A DNA stretch of 63,665 nt, counting the filler, from Thraustochytrium aureum (Eukaryota), in NCBI GenBank assembly GCA_012862495.1. It is 9 parts of 7 records of this genome, joined end to end, with 100 filler letters (N's around TTAATTAATTAA, not from the genome) between each part and the next. Parts side by side here need not be neighbours in the genome. Positions count along the whole stretch, not along the records: positions 31,826 to 38,185 come from BLSG01000034.1; positions 38,286 to 41,943 come from BLSG01000035.1; positions 42,044 to 44,699 come from BLSG01000036.1; 6 more parts are not named here. One strand, written 5' to 3'. Below the pieces are notes generated by a model. The model did not search any database. It saw only the letters and a program-made list of their open reading frames with translations, and was not told the origin of the DNA. Made by a program: the position numbers and the translations under genes. Shown in pieces: positions 34,325-44,799 of this stretch. How positions within the stretch are numbered: position 1 is the first letter of the stretch; every line of letters starts with the position of its first letter.

Positions 34325-35953
34325 CTAGCGTGGTCGGCCCGAGCGTCCAGAGTAAAGGTACTGGATGTGGCCCTGTGTGTGCATGTAAAAGTAGATCCCG
34401 ACGCCCACGACGAGTGCTGCAAGGTTGATGGCCGCTGAGAGGCCCGAAGAGACTACACTATTGACAATGATAAAGCCCGCCAGCGACAATGGAACCAGCA
34501 GGAGCGCCGCAAGCGCGCTGATGCCCTGCACAGGGACGCGAAAGGGGCGCGGCAAATGAGGCTCAACCATGCGGAGCTTGAGAAAGGCCAAGAGCTCGAG
34601 CACGGCAGACAGGCAGCTGAAAAGGTTTGTGATCACCACGATCGACTCAAAGTCGAGCGCGATCAGGCAGCATATGACAAACAGCGCAAAGAGGATGGCC
34701 ACGTATGGCGGGCCGTCCTGGCCATATCGCCTTCCAAAGACCGCGGGCATTAGGCCAGTCCTGGCCATGCCGCAAAGCTGCCACGAGTCTTCAAACACCT
34801 CGGCTGTATACATCCCAAGGTTGGCAGCAAAGCTCGCTGCCACGATCCACATGGCTAACCAGTGGCCCACCTCGTGCTGCGCAATTTCCGAAAACGAGCC
34901 CTCCTCCCAGGTCTCCCACGGCGGCAGGTTGGCCGACGTGAAGATCGCGAGGGGAAACACGTACGTGGCAACGATGAGGCCCAGCGCCGCCATGAGGCCT
35001 CGCAAGTAGTTGCGGCCCGGGTTGCGCACCTCGCCCGCGCACGTCGAGACCGCGTCAAACCCGCTAAAGTTCCAGTACAAAACCGACAAGAGGTTGCCCC
35101 AGTCCGGGTCGCTCCGCACCTCCTTCAAGAGCCCAAAGTCTTTCTCGCGCACAATGCTAACATACACGCACTGCACAGCAAAGGGGAGCACAACAAAGCC
35201 AGCGAGGGCGCCCATCCACCGCCCAAACACGTTGCTGGCGCAAAGGTTGGGCAAAGCAAACAGCAGGGCCAGCACCAGCTTGACAAGGTACGCCTCGGCC
35301 CACCCGAGGCGCCCGTCTTCGCGGTTCGGCAAGTCCAAGATCTTGACCGCCGTGTCGAACGCCAGCACTGGGTAGATGGCGGTGTCGATCACGCCAGACA
35401 CCCAGCTCCAGTAGGCCTCCTGAAAGCCCCAAAACGGCCCGAACGCTTCTGCCACCCAGATCGAGTACCCGCCGTCATCCGGGTACGCGGAGGAGAGCTC
35501 CGCAGTGACCAAGATCATGGGAAGCGCCCAAGCCACCGCAAAGACGCCGACGCCCACCAGGCCAGGCAAAGGCCCTGCGCTGGACACGACCTCCTCGGCG
35601 CCCCATGGCCCGCCGGAGACGTTAAAGTACGTGATGAAACAAATGGCGGCCCAGCCGATCGGTCTCTCCAGCTTGTTCGAGTTGATCGCTCCCATCACGA
35701 AGGACTCGCTGTACGAGCGGTTGCGCATGCGTGCGCCGACGCCGGGCATCGTCCCCCCAAGCACAGACCAGTCCTCGTCCATCACGAGAGTGTCCATGAG
35801 CGATCCTTCTTGGCTTGTCGGCCCATCGTACGCGTACCCGCTCGAGGAGGCAGCGCCAGGAACGCCCTCCAGCCCGCCCTCGATACTGGCCCCTCTTCGC
35901 TCCGCCGCATGTTCCAGCAGAGGGCTCAGCACCGTCCTCGTCTCGCCGACCAT
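34325..35953 (-). CDS. APC-superfamily amino acid/polyamine transporter (plant PUT/LAT-like)
   Basis: VSGGPWGAEEVV, AELSSAYPDDGGYSIWVAEAFGPFWGF, WNFSGFDAVSTCAGEVRNPGR, LPRPFRVP; about 12 hydrophobic segments. Confidence 0.93.
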   Translation of the reverse strand: MVGETRTVLSPLLEHAAERRGASIEGGLEGVPGAASSSGYAYDGPTSQEGSLMDTLVMDEDWSVLGGTMPGVGARMRNRSYSESFVMGAINSNKLERPIGWAAICFITYFNVSGGPWGAEEVVSSAGPLPGLVGVGVFAVAWALPMILVTAELSSAYPDDGGYSIWVAEAFGPFWGFQEAYWSWVSGVIDTAIYPVLAFDTAVKILDLPNREDGRLGWAEAYLVKLVLALLFALPNLCASNVFGRWMGALAGFVVLPFAVQCVYVSIVREKDFGLLKEVRSDPDWGNLLSVLYWNFSGFDAVSTCAGEVRNPGRNYLRGLMAALGLIVATYVFPLAIFTSANLPPWETWEEGSFSEIAQHEVGHWLAMWIVAASFAANLGMYTAEVFEDSWQLCGMARTGLMPAVFGRRYGQDGPPYVAILFALFVICCLIALDFESIVVITNLFSCLSAVLELLAFLKLRMVEPHLPRPFRVPVQGISALAALLLVPLSLAGFIIVNSVVSSGLSAAINLAALVVGVGIYFYMHTQGHIQYLYSGRSGRPR

Positions 35954-37035
35954 CCTCGCCGCACTTGCTTTTGCAGTCCAGCGCTTGTGCGACCCGCTGC
36001 GTTGCCCTCAACTATCTCGTTCCACGCAGTTCTCGCCCGCTTCGCGTCACCATGCTCGCCCTGGCCCACTTCGTCCTCGCAGGCTTCCCTCGCCAGGCAG
36101 ACAGCACGCCGTCGCGGCCACGAGCACCAGCGAGCTCTCTAGAAAGAGCTAGCTCGACGAGCTTGAGTGCCTGCAGGCGACCTGCNNNNNNNNNNNNNNN
36201 NNNNNNNNNNNNNNNNNNNNNNNNNNNNNNNNNNNNNNNNNNNNNNNNNNNNNNNNNNNNNNNNNNNNNNNNNNNNNNNNNNNNNNNNNNNNNNNNNNNN
36301 NNNNNNNNNNNNNNNNNNNNNNNNNNNNNNNNNNNNNNNNNNNNNNNNNNNNNNNNNNNNNNNNNNNNNNNNNNNNNNNNNNNNNNNNNNNNGCGTTTCC
36401 GCTCCTGCTGAGCTGCTCTGCTCGTTGAAGGCCTGCCACGCGCGTTCATTTCGTGCGCCTCGGCGACGAAGCGTTAGCTCGTTCCTCCGAGGATCTCCTC
36501 GTTTTCTTCGGATGGATGGGATTGGATGGGATGGACGGCTGATCTTGGCGCCTGATGACCGAGCATCGCAGAGGCTGCGACGATTGATCGATCTGATCTC
36601 GGGGCGCACGTCGCTCTATAGCTCTATCAGCGCTCTATTAGCGCTCGAGAGAGAGATGGATCGGTGGATGGTTCGAGGGTCGAGGGTCGAACTTGCAGGT
36701 GGCTCGGCCTTCCTTCGCGTGATGCACTCCTTGCTCTCCGTCGACGCCAAGTGAAGGGTTGGGCCTGGGCGCAGTTTGGTTCCGGCAGGCGGTGGCGCTG
36801 GGTTGGATGATGCTGCGCTGGAGCGTCGCTGAAGCATGCATGAAACGTGCTGCCTGGGAGCCGCCGCTCGGAGCTGGTCCGTCAAGCGCTGACGGTGGAC
36901 AACAAGTAGAGAAATCTTTCCTCATCGGCGAACTACAGATCGGTAGATGTCTTCTTGACCAAGCAGAGCCATGCACGTGCTTCCTTTCAAGACTATTTCC
37001 ATTCAAGTGCCATGCTTGCGAGCGCACCCTGCGCT

Positions 37036-38105
37036 CTACTGCTTCGCAGGCGCCGTCTCGGGCTTAAACATCAGGCCAACCGCCTTGACAAAGTCAACCG
37101 TCAAAGTCGGCGCACGTCCGAGCACCATCGCCAGGTCAGCCGAGCTCGTGCTCATCACCGGGCGCTTCTCCTCAATCATCTTGTAGAGCTCCATAATCCC
37201 GTCGACCTGCCACTCGGGGAACCCAAGGGCCATAAAAGACTGCTTCACCGCATCGTATGGGACTTGCACGTACTCTACTTTCACACCGAGCGCCTCCGTG
37301 AAGGCCGCGGCCACGTCGTCCTGCGAGTAAGTGTCAGAGCACAGGTTGTACGTCTTGCCGTGGTGCTTTTCTGGTGAGCTGATTAGCTCCGCAGCGGCGA
37401 GGCCGGCGTCCGCGGTCGTCACCGTGCTAAAGCGCACCGTGCCAAGGAACGGGCCGTAGAACTTTTGCGTGCCCTTGATCGGTTCCATCTGCGCGAATAT
37501 GTTGTCCGTGAACAGGGGAAGGCGGATGACCGTGAAGGGGATGCCGCTGTCTGCGGCCGCTTGCTCGATGGGCATAAACTGCTTGGAAAACAAGGTTTCT
37601 GTCTCTGGCGCGGAAAGGACGCTGAGGAGGAGCAGGTGCTTGACACCGCCTGCCGCCTTGGCCCCCTCGATCGCGTTGACGCTCACCTCCGTGCGCGTCT
37701 CTGCGCCGGGCGGGATGACGTACACCTTTGTGATCATCTTGTCCCTGATCGTCTTGGAGACCTCCTCCTTGTTGCCCATGTGAACCTGGATGGCGGTCAC
37801 GCCAGGAGTGCCCTCAAACCCGGCCGTCTTCGCCTTGCTCAGATCGCGCATGCCGGCAAACACCACCGCGCCGCGCTTCGCCAATTCCGCTACCGTCTGC
37901 TTGCCAATGTACCCTGTTGAACCGAGCACGAGGACCCTGTCGACGGCGCTGGCCTGTCCGCTGGGCTCGGGGCTCTTACTCGCGCTCTTCAAGCTGGCCA
38001 GTCCTTTTCGGCGGCCTCCAGCTTGGCCTTCTGGCTTTCCACCACGCCCTCCAGCGTCTTGACCTTTTCATTGAGCTCCTTGAGCGACGACTGCATGCAC
38101 CCCAT
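37036..38105 (-). CDS. NmrA-like / atypical SDR NAD(P)-binding protein with N-terminal MGC motif and coiled coil (one indel ~38001)
   Basis: VLVLGSTGYIG Rossmann motif, IEQAAADSGIPFTVIRLPLFTDN, HHGKTYNL. Upstream ATG at 38105 gives MGCMQSSLKELNEKVKTLEGVVESQKAKLEAAEKD. Confidence 0.88.
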
Positions 38106-38420
38106 CTTCTACAGGTTGTTCTGCCTCGCGAGTCCGGTTCTGCCTTGAGCGATTCACGCGTCCGAGTCTGCTTCTGCTTGGCCTGNNNNNNNNNNNNNNN
38201 NNNNNNNNNNNNNNNNNNNNNNNNNNNNNTTAATTAATTAANNNNNNNNNNNNNNNNNNNNNNNNNNNNNNNNNNNNNNNNNNNNGTACTACTAAAGTTC
38301 GTTCGTTCGTTCGCAACTTGAAGTGAAGAATTCTTGTTCCAGGTGCGTGAGCTAAGCGAGCGAGTGCCCGGGAGGGAGGTCCGGGACGTCGCAGGCGCTC
38401 GGGCAGGCGGCAGGCGGGAT

Positions 38421-38993
38421 ATGGCTTGGCCGCGTGGGCGCGCCGGCGCGGTGCTGGACCGCGGCGCGAAGGCGCTGAACAGGCTGACGCGGTACGATGA
38501 GGTCGAGGCGGCGAAGGCGGCGGTCGCGGTTGCGGATGCGAAGGCGGTGGAAGGGCGGCGGCGGTTCAAGGAGGCCAAGCAGGGGTTTGAGGCCGTCACG
38601 ACGAGGCGCGGGGAGCACCAGCAGGAGATGAACGCGCTGCTGCACCGCAAGCCGCAGTGGGACTCGAACGAGCTTGCCAAGTTCACGGACCTTTGCAGGG
38701 CGGAGCACGAGCTGAACGGAGCGTTTCAGGAGGCCAAGCGAGCGCTTGGAAGCGCGGAAGAAGCCGTGGAGCGGGCCCAAGCTGGGTACCTGGACGCGCT
38801 TCGCGCGCATTACCACGCCGAGCAGCTCTGGGTGGAGAAGGGTCGCCGCTTGTCCAATATCGCAACGCTGTCGCTGATCTTTTTCAACAGCGGGCTGTTC
38901 TTGCTGTCCGTGACGGTGATCGAGCCCGGCAAGCGCGAAACGATAGCGCGGCGCGTGGCGGAGGACAGCCGCGCCGCGGCGATGCACCAAGTA
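38421..38993 (+). CDS. SHE9: She9/Mdm33 family mitochondrial inner membrane protein (first exon; continues after probable intron and gap)
   Basis: LNRLTRYDEVE, QQEMNALLHRKPQWDSNELAKFTDLCRAEH, HYHAEQLWVEKGRRLS, TM..N..LF..EPGKR match the She9_MDM33 pattern; GTACGT donor-like site at 38994. Confidence 0.85.
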
Positions 38994-39909
38994 GTACGTT
39001 GAGGTTGGCCAGCGCGGGGACTGACTGCTGTTGGTGCTCTCGTGTTTGCTTACGCNNNNNNNNNNNNNNNNNNNNNNNNNNNNNNNNNNNNNNNNNNNNN
39101 NNNNNNNNNNNNNNNNNNNNNNNNNNNNNNNNNNNNNNNNNNNNNNNNNNNNNNNNNNNNNNNNNNNNNNNNNNNNNNNNNNNNNNNNNNNNNNNNNNNN
39201 NNNNNNNNNNNNNNNNNNNNNNNNNNNNNNNNNNNNNNNNNNNNNNNNNNNNNNNNNNNNNNNNNNNNNNNNNNNNNNNNNNNNNNNNNNNNNNNNNNNN
39301 NNNNNNNNNNNNNNNNNNNNNNNNNNNNNNNNNNNNNNNNNNNNNNNNNNNNNNNNNNNNNNNNNNNNNNNNNNNNNNNNNNNNNNNNNNNNNNNNNNNN
39401 NNNNNNNNNNNNNNNNNNNNNNNNNNNNNNNNNNNNNNNNNNNNNNNNNNNNNNNNNNNNNNNNNNNNNNNNNNNNNNNNNNNNNNNNNNNNNNNNNNNN
39501 NNNNNNNNNNNNNNNNNNNNNNNNNNNNNNNNNNNNNNNNNNNNNNNNNNNNNNNNNNNNNNNNNNNNNNNNNNNNNNNNNNNNNNNNNNNNNNNNNNNN
39601 NNNNNNNNNNNNNNNNNNNNNNNNNNNNNNNNNNNNNNNNNNNNNNNNNNNNNNNNNNNNNNNNNNNNNNNNNNNNNNNNNNNTAGCAGTCCAGAGAACA
39701 GGCTTGCAGGAAGCCGCGGCGCCGCAGCCGGCGACGGCCACGTCGGTTAGTCAAAAATTCCGTGAATTTTGTCTAGTAGAATAGTAATGTGGCGGGCTCG
39801 CCCGCGAATGGGTAAAGTAGAGGAAAGTAGACGATGGTAATGAAGAGCTAGCCCTTCGAGCGAAGAAGGCTGGCCTCGCAGAAGAGAGCTCGTTTGCAGA
39901 CTTGGCTCG

Positions 39910-41436
39910 CTAGCAGGCCTTTGGGAGATCGAGCACGATGACCCGGCCGTCGTAGGTCCCACACGCGAGGCCGTTGCCACCGCTGTCGTGGAAGCCAATC
40001 ACAGAGCGGATACTCTGGCCGACCGTAAAAGTGGCGACGAGGGCCCACTTGTCCCACTCCCAAAGCTTGACGACCCCGTCGAACGAGCACGACGCGATGA
40101 ATCGCTTGCCGGACGGGCCGCGAAACACCGTGCAAGCTAGGGCGCGGTAGTCGTGCGCGTCGAGCACGGCTCGACAGACACCCCGAGAAATGTCCCAGAT
40201 ACGAACGCTGCTGTCCTCGGAGCAGCTCACAAGCGCGCCGCGGCCGAGGTCGGCCCGTCGACCGAGGGTGTTGACGTAGGCCCAGTCGCCGTGGCCGAGG
40301 AGCTCGAAGACGATGTGGCCCATCCCGTCCAGGACCTTGATACGGCCGCTCTCGCACCCGACTGCGAACTGGCTGGGCTCCCCGAGCCCTGCCGCGTTCG
40401 TGATGTTGGTCGCGAGCTGGCAAAGCATGCGGATCTTGGGCGCCCCCGAGGCGAGGCTGATCGCGTGCAGGTCCCCGTTGAAGTGGCCAGCGACGACAAG
40501 CGCCTCGACGTCGGAGCGCCGTTCGCCTTCCTTGCACGGTCTGACGCGCACGGTGCAAATGGAGGTCACCGTGGCGTCGAAGGAGACAACGTTGAGACAC
40601 CGCATGGCCGAGACGTCCCAGTGCCTCACCGTGTGATCGTGCGAGCAGCTCCAGATTTGCGAGCGCGAGTTGGGGTCGGGCACGAGGCCGCAAATCACGT
40701 CCGTGTGTCCGGTGAGGACGGCGCAGAGCTCGGCGCCTTTGGCCGTCCTCCAGATCCGAATGTCATTGTCCCAGCTTGCCGAGGCCACGAGCTGCTCGCG
40801 CATGCCGCTTGCGTTTTTGCGGGAGACGAGGCACATCATGGACACGGCGCGGCCGTGCTGCTGGCGGGACGGGAGCTTGCTGCTGACCACCGAGCCGGTC
40901 TCGCTGCCGTTGGCAGCGTCTTCGTCGGACTTGTCGAGGGGCGGCTGCTTGATGCCGGCGAGCTCGCCGCCGTGATCCAGCCTCGGGTTGCAAAAGCAGG
41001 GCAGCATGCAGTCGCCGCGCGTGCGGAGGCCTGGCGAGGTTTTCCTCTCTTGCTGAAGCTCCTCCGTGAGCTCGTGCGAGTGGCCCAGCGTGTTGCTGGC
41101 CACGCTCCACAGCATGTCACGGAGGGTTTGCGGGTCGAGCTCGAGGCGCTTGCCTTTGTGCCGGAGGTAGATTTCGTCGTACGAGTCGCGCACGCTGCGC
41201 AGGGTCAGAGCGAGCCTCGCGCGCACGGTCTTCCCTTCCAGGTAGCCGATGGAGAGCAGTTCAGCCAGCGAGCCGCCTGACGGGTCGCAGGAGAAGCAGC
41301 CGGCCACGAACCGCGGGTTGAGCAGCAGTCTAAACACGGCGAGGGCGAGCGGGTGCTTGCCAGAGCCGACGCCAAGCGCGACGAGAAGCGCCTGAATGTC
41401 TTCCGGCCGGAGGGCATGAGGCCCACGTGCAGCCAT
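39910..41436 (-). CDS. WD40-repeat protein
   Basis: LVASASWDNDIRIW, LTGHTDVI, SCSHDHTVRHWD, SCSEDSSVRIWD, SCSFDGVVKLWE. Confidence 0.9.
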   Translation of the reverse strand: MAARGPHALRPEDIQALLVALGVGSGKHPLALAVFRLLLNPRFVAGCFSCDPSGGSLAELLSIGYLEGKTVRARLALTLRSVRDSYDEIYLRHKGKRLELDPQTLRDMLWSVASNTLGHSHELTEELQQERKTSPGLRTRGDCMLPCFCNPRLDHGGELAGIKQPPLDKSDEDAANGSETGSVVSSKLPSRQQHGRAVSMMCLVSRKNASGMREQLVASASWDNDIRIWRTAKGAELCAVLTGHTDVICGLVPDPNSRSQIWSCSHDHTVRHWDVSAMRCLNVVSFDATVTSICTVRVRPCKEGERRSDVEALVVAGHFNGDLHAISLASGAPKIRMLCQLATNITNAAGLGEPSQFAVGCESGRIKVLDGMGHIVFELLGHGDWAYVNTLGRRADLGRGALVSCSEDSSVRIWDISRGVCRAVLDAHDYRALACTVFRGPSGKRFIASCSFDGVVKLWEWDKWALVATFTVGQSIRSVIGFHDSGGNGLACGTYDGRVIVLDLPKAC

Positions 41437-42149
41437 GCCGAGTCCAGGGGTTTGAGGTGGGCGGGCGAGGCCGTGGACCGGGTGTCGGCGATGAACACCT
41501 TGGTGGCTGGTGCCCCGGTTTCCGTGTCCACGTTCCTTCCAAGCGGCTGCGCGCCATCCATTCTAAGGCGAGAACGCGCGCGCCCTTCTGCCTGCCCTTC
41601 TGCCTGCCTGCCCGGACTTGTATACAACACGTGGGGCTGCCGCTACCGCGAGCGGCAGGGCCACGGGGGCGCCGGCTAGTCCAGAACGGCGAGCTGCCTC
41701 ACGGCAACACCGGCGCCGTCCGCAGTCCCAGCCGCAGCGACCGCACCAGCACCAGCAGCCCCAGCAGCCCCACCCACACGCCCGCGCCGTCCCAGCCCTT
41801 CCTTCAGCCGCCGCAGGCCCAGCCCCGCCGCGAGGTCCAGCAGCCCCTCCCTAGGCAACGCCGCGCGGCGCCACCTGCCGCGGCAGGCTGGTGGCACCCG
41901 CCGGCCCTAGGCCGGCGCCAGCACCTTGGCCCTCGCGCGCAGCNNNNNNNNNNNNNNNNNNNNNNNNNNNNNNNNNNNNNNNNNNNNTTAATTAATTAAN
42001 NNNNNNNNNNNNNNNNNNNNNNNNNNNNNNNNNNNNNNNNNNNAATTGGTATCCGGCAGCCCTAGGCCTAGGCTGCCACCACCGCAGCGCGCTCTAGCCA
42101 TCCGGCTGCCCTAAACCTACTCGGTCAACAGATTACATCAGGGCCAACG

Positions 42150-42575
42150 GGTTTAGGGGGTCGTCGCCCGGCGGACCGATCAAGAAGATCAAGCGCTACG
42201 CGATCAAATCCGGGTATTAAATCATCTCTGTCAACGAGTTTCGCACATCCAAGATGTCGTCGTGCTGCTCCGGATTTGGGACCAAGCCCGCGAAGTGGAG
42301 AGACAAGAATGGCAGGCTGCAAATGACATGAAGATTCGCTCAGCTTGGCTCTAAGGAGTAATCAATCGCCAGCGGCTCGCGCCTTCAAATGCTTCGCGAG
42401 GAAGTTACTTTGGCCAACTACTTTGATCCGCAGGGGATCGTCAACAAGTTTGTCACGGACGTCTCGTGTCAAAACCGTAAGGCTGTAATCCGGCAAGTTC
42501 TGCGACATCTGGATACCTTCGATTCGCATTAGACCTCTGGCCCTCATGGGGCCGGCCTGGGCCCTCTCCAGCAAG
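42150..42575 (+). pseudogene. Degenerate coding relic of a dispersed repeat family
   Basis: Broken frames ...LRDQIRVLNHLCQR...KIRSAWL* and LQMLREEVTLANYFDPQGIVNKFVTDVS...QVLRHLDTFD / LALMGPAW. Homologous pieces at 42981-43115 and 60006-60075. Confidence 0.45.
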
Positions 42576-42577
42576 CT

Positions 42578-42980
42578 GCCTCCGTGTCGCAGCGAGACGT
42601 CCCTGTTGGTGCTGCCCGACCTACTCATTGGTTGGGCAGCGTTGTTTCTTTCACTTTACTTTGACTGTTATTTTGAGGTCGCACCTCCCGTGCCACATGA
42701 AGTATCCATCCAAGGCGATTCGCGAAGCTGAATAAACCAAAAACATGCAGCTTACGAGTCCCTTTCTGGCAAGACCTTCCTACCCTTCGTGATCGAGGCC
42801 ACCGGTGGATTGGGCACACAGGCTCAAGAAGAAGTGCACTTACGTAAAAACAGGTACGCTACTGAGTACGCTAAAAGACGGTAGGCAAAACCTCAAAAGA
42901 AAAGCGAAATAAATGGCACTGCCAAACCGATGAGCAAGTCAGGCAGCACCAACAGGGCCGTCTCGCTGCGCCACGGAGGC
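42578..42980. mobile_element. 403-bp non-coding element bounded by long imperfect terminal inverted repeats (MITE/foldback-like)
   Basis: Left arm gcctccgtgtcgcagcgagacgtccctgttggtgctgcccgacctactcattggttgggcagcg versus reverse complement of right arm: 8 mismatches in 64 nt, with weaker similarity to ~100 nt. No target-site duplication seen. Confidence 0.65.
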
Positions 42981-43295
42981 GACCATTTCGATCCGAGGGC
43001 TTTCGTCAGCAATTCTTCACGGACATTTCGCGTAGGACACTATCCATCAGGCGCTTCGCCATATTCAGACGTTGGTTGTCAGTCTGGTTCCTATGGGACT
43101 GGTCGGGGCTCTTCAGCACGCGGCCTCTGTCGCGCGCAAAGAGGTCCCGGGTCACTTGCTGCATAAGAACGCAGAACTTCACATTTTCTTCTCTGACCAG
43201 CGAACAGAACGAGCATCAACCGAAGATCAATTGGAACAATGAGACTAGAAACGGCAGTTTCCTCGCGCGATCAGAGCCAATGCAAAGGTCGGAAG

Positions 43296-44698
43296 TCAAC
43301 ATTGACAACCCCACGCAGCGCAAAGTTTTTGCATCGCCAGCACGCCAGCCTTGATGGCATACCTGGTCTGAGTGCGCGTGGCCTCTTGGAATTTCTTGCA
43401 CTCCATGAGCAAACTTTCGACGAGATCCAACTTGTATGAACCCGTGTTGGTGAAGCCATACACCGCTCTTTTCTCGGCATGAGTGAGTGGCTTGAAATTC
43501 CCCTGTCCTCCGAGGCCGCTTACACCAGAGTTCCATCGCCCCCAAGCCATGATGTAGTTTGCATAAGTGTTTACCACCGAGGCCGGGAAGCCATGGCCGC
43601 TTGTCCCGCTCATGCTTCCCTCGTCGAACATGTGCTCTACATGATAAGCGTCGCAATGGTGGATATTTTGGGCCTTCTTTAGGCTCCACGCTTGATTTGC
43701 TCCGCAACTGATTAGTTTGCAATATGTGGCGTAAATCGGATGCTGATGATTGCACTTAGCCACGTTCTGGCCACCAAATTCCCCGTACCATTCCGAGCAC
43801 CCTGCATAGTTTTTATTCAGCCATTCTCGAAACTCCACCCTCCCAGGCTTTTTGCCGAACCCACGAGGTTTACACACTTCCTCAAAACGTTTACTGGAAA
43901 TTTGCCCCATCCCATCTGTACTCCTAGCCCAGCGGCAAACTCCGTGTGTGTCATGCCTGTAGTAGGCAAACTGGTAAGTCCAGAGAGTGCCCACTTGTGC
44001 TAATGCCCCCGAGTAAAAATGTCTGTGTTGGTTGCGGACGAGACGAGATTCCCAGTCCAGTCCCAAGCGGTATTTGCTGCAAGCCGCCTCCCTTCGCGAG
44101 CATGAGGCAGGCACAATGCCCCAGTTGGGCACTCGTCGCAGCCGCCCTTGAGCCCGGCAGGCAGCTTGGTTAGAACACGAGCCTTGAGCGAAATTTGCCA
44201 CCTGCCGTCAGGGTGCCACGGGTTGCCGGCGGGCTCGAACTCGAGCGGGAAAACGCTGGTGCTGAGCACACCGTCCTTGAGAATGGACATGAAAGACTGC
44301 TTCTTGGGCTTGCGAACGCGAGTGAGCGGTTCGGGTTGGCCATTGCGGTGGCTCACGCCCAAAAAGCAGGAAGGGCCCTGGACCGCTTTGCCGCTGCGGC
44401 CGTGGTCCTCAAGTGGCGTGCCATCGCGGCTCGAGATCCCCCCTTGCTGGCTCGACGCACCAGTAGTAGCCAGCGTAGGTTCATGTTGCCGCGCAAGTGT
44501 GCAATCAACGTCGGGATCTGGACAATCACACAAATCGCCGTCGCCGCTACGCATGGCATGAACTCGGTTGCCATCCACGAGCTCGTACGTCACTTCAATG
44601 TACACCTTGGTCAACTTTTTGGGCCGCGGCGAGACGCGGATGTTAGTTGAAACCTTGAACGGAAGGTCGCTTCCGTCACCCTTTGTGTTGTACGAGGA
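43296..44698 (-). CDS. Cys-rich protein with C-terminal HNH/His-Me-finger-like motif (5'-truncated; homopolymer frameshift ~44017)
   Basis: ORF 44000..44614 is open to the scaffold edge and joins ORF 43296..44201 at ATTTTTAC. C-terminal YHVEHMFD-x16-NTYANYIMAWGRWNSGV...EKRAVYG. Confidence 0.6.
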
Positions 44699-44799
44699 TN
44701 NNNNNNNNNNNNNNNNNNNNNNNNNNNNNNNNNNNNNNNNNNNTTAATTAATTAANNNNNNNNNNNNNNNNNNNNNNNNNNNNNNNNNNNNNNNNNNNN

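Noticed and set aside
42054..42076. Near-perfect palindrome GGCAGCCCTAGGCCTAGGCTGCC
   Set aside because: Single short hairpin at a scaffold edge with no second copy or supporting context.
42549..42625. GGCCGGC-starting motif as an HDV-like ribozyme (also at 60054)
   Set aside because: I could not build the P1/P2/P3 nested pseudoknot by eye, and the motif is better explained as codons (MGPAW) of the dispersed coding relic.
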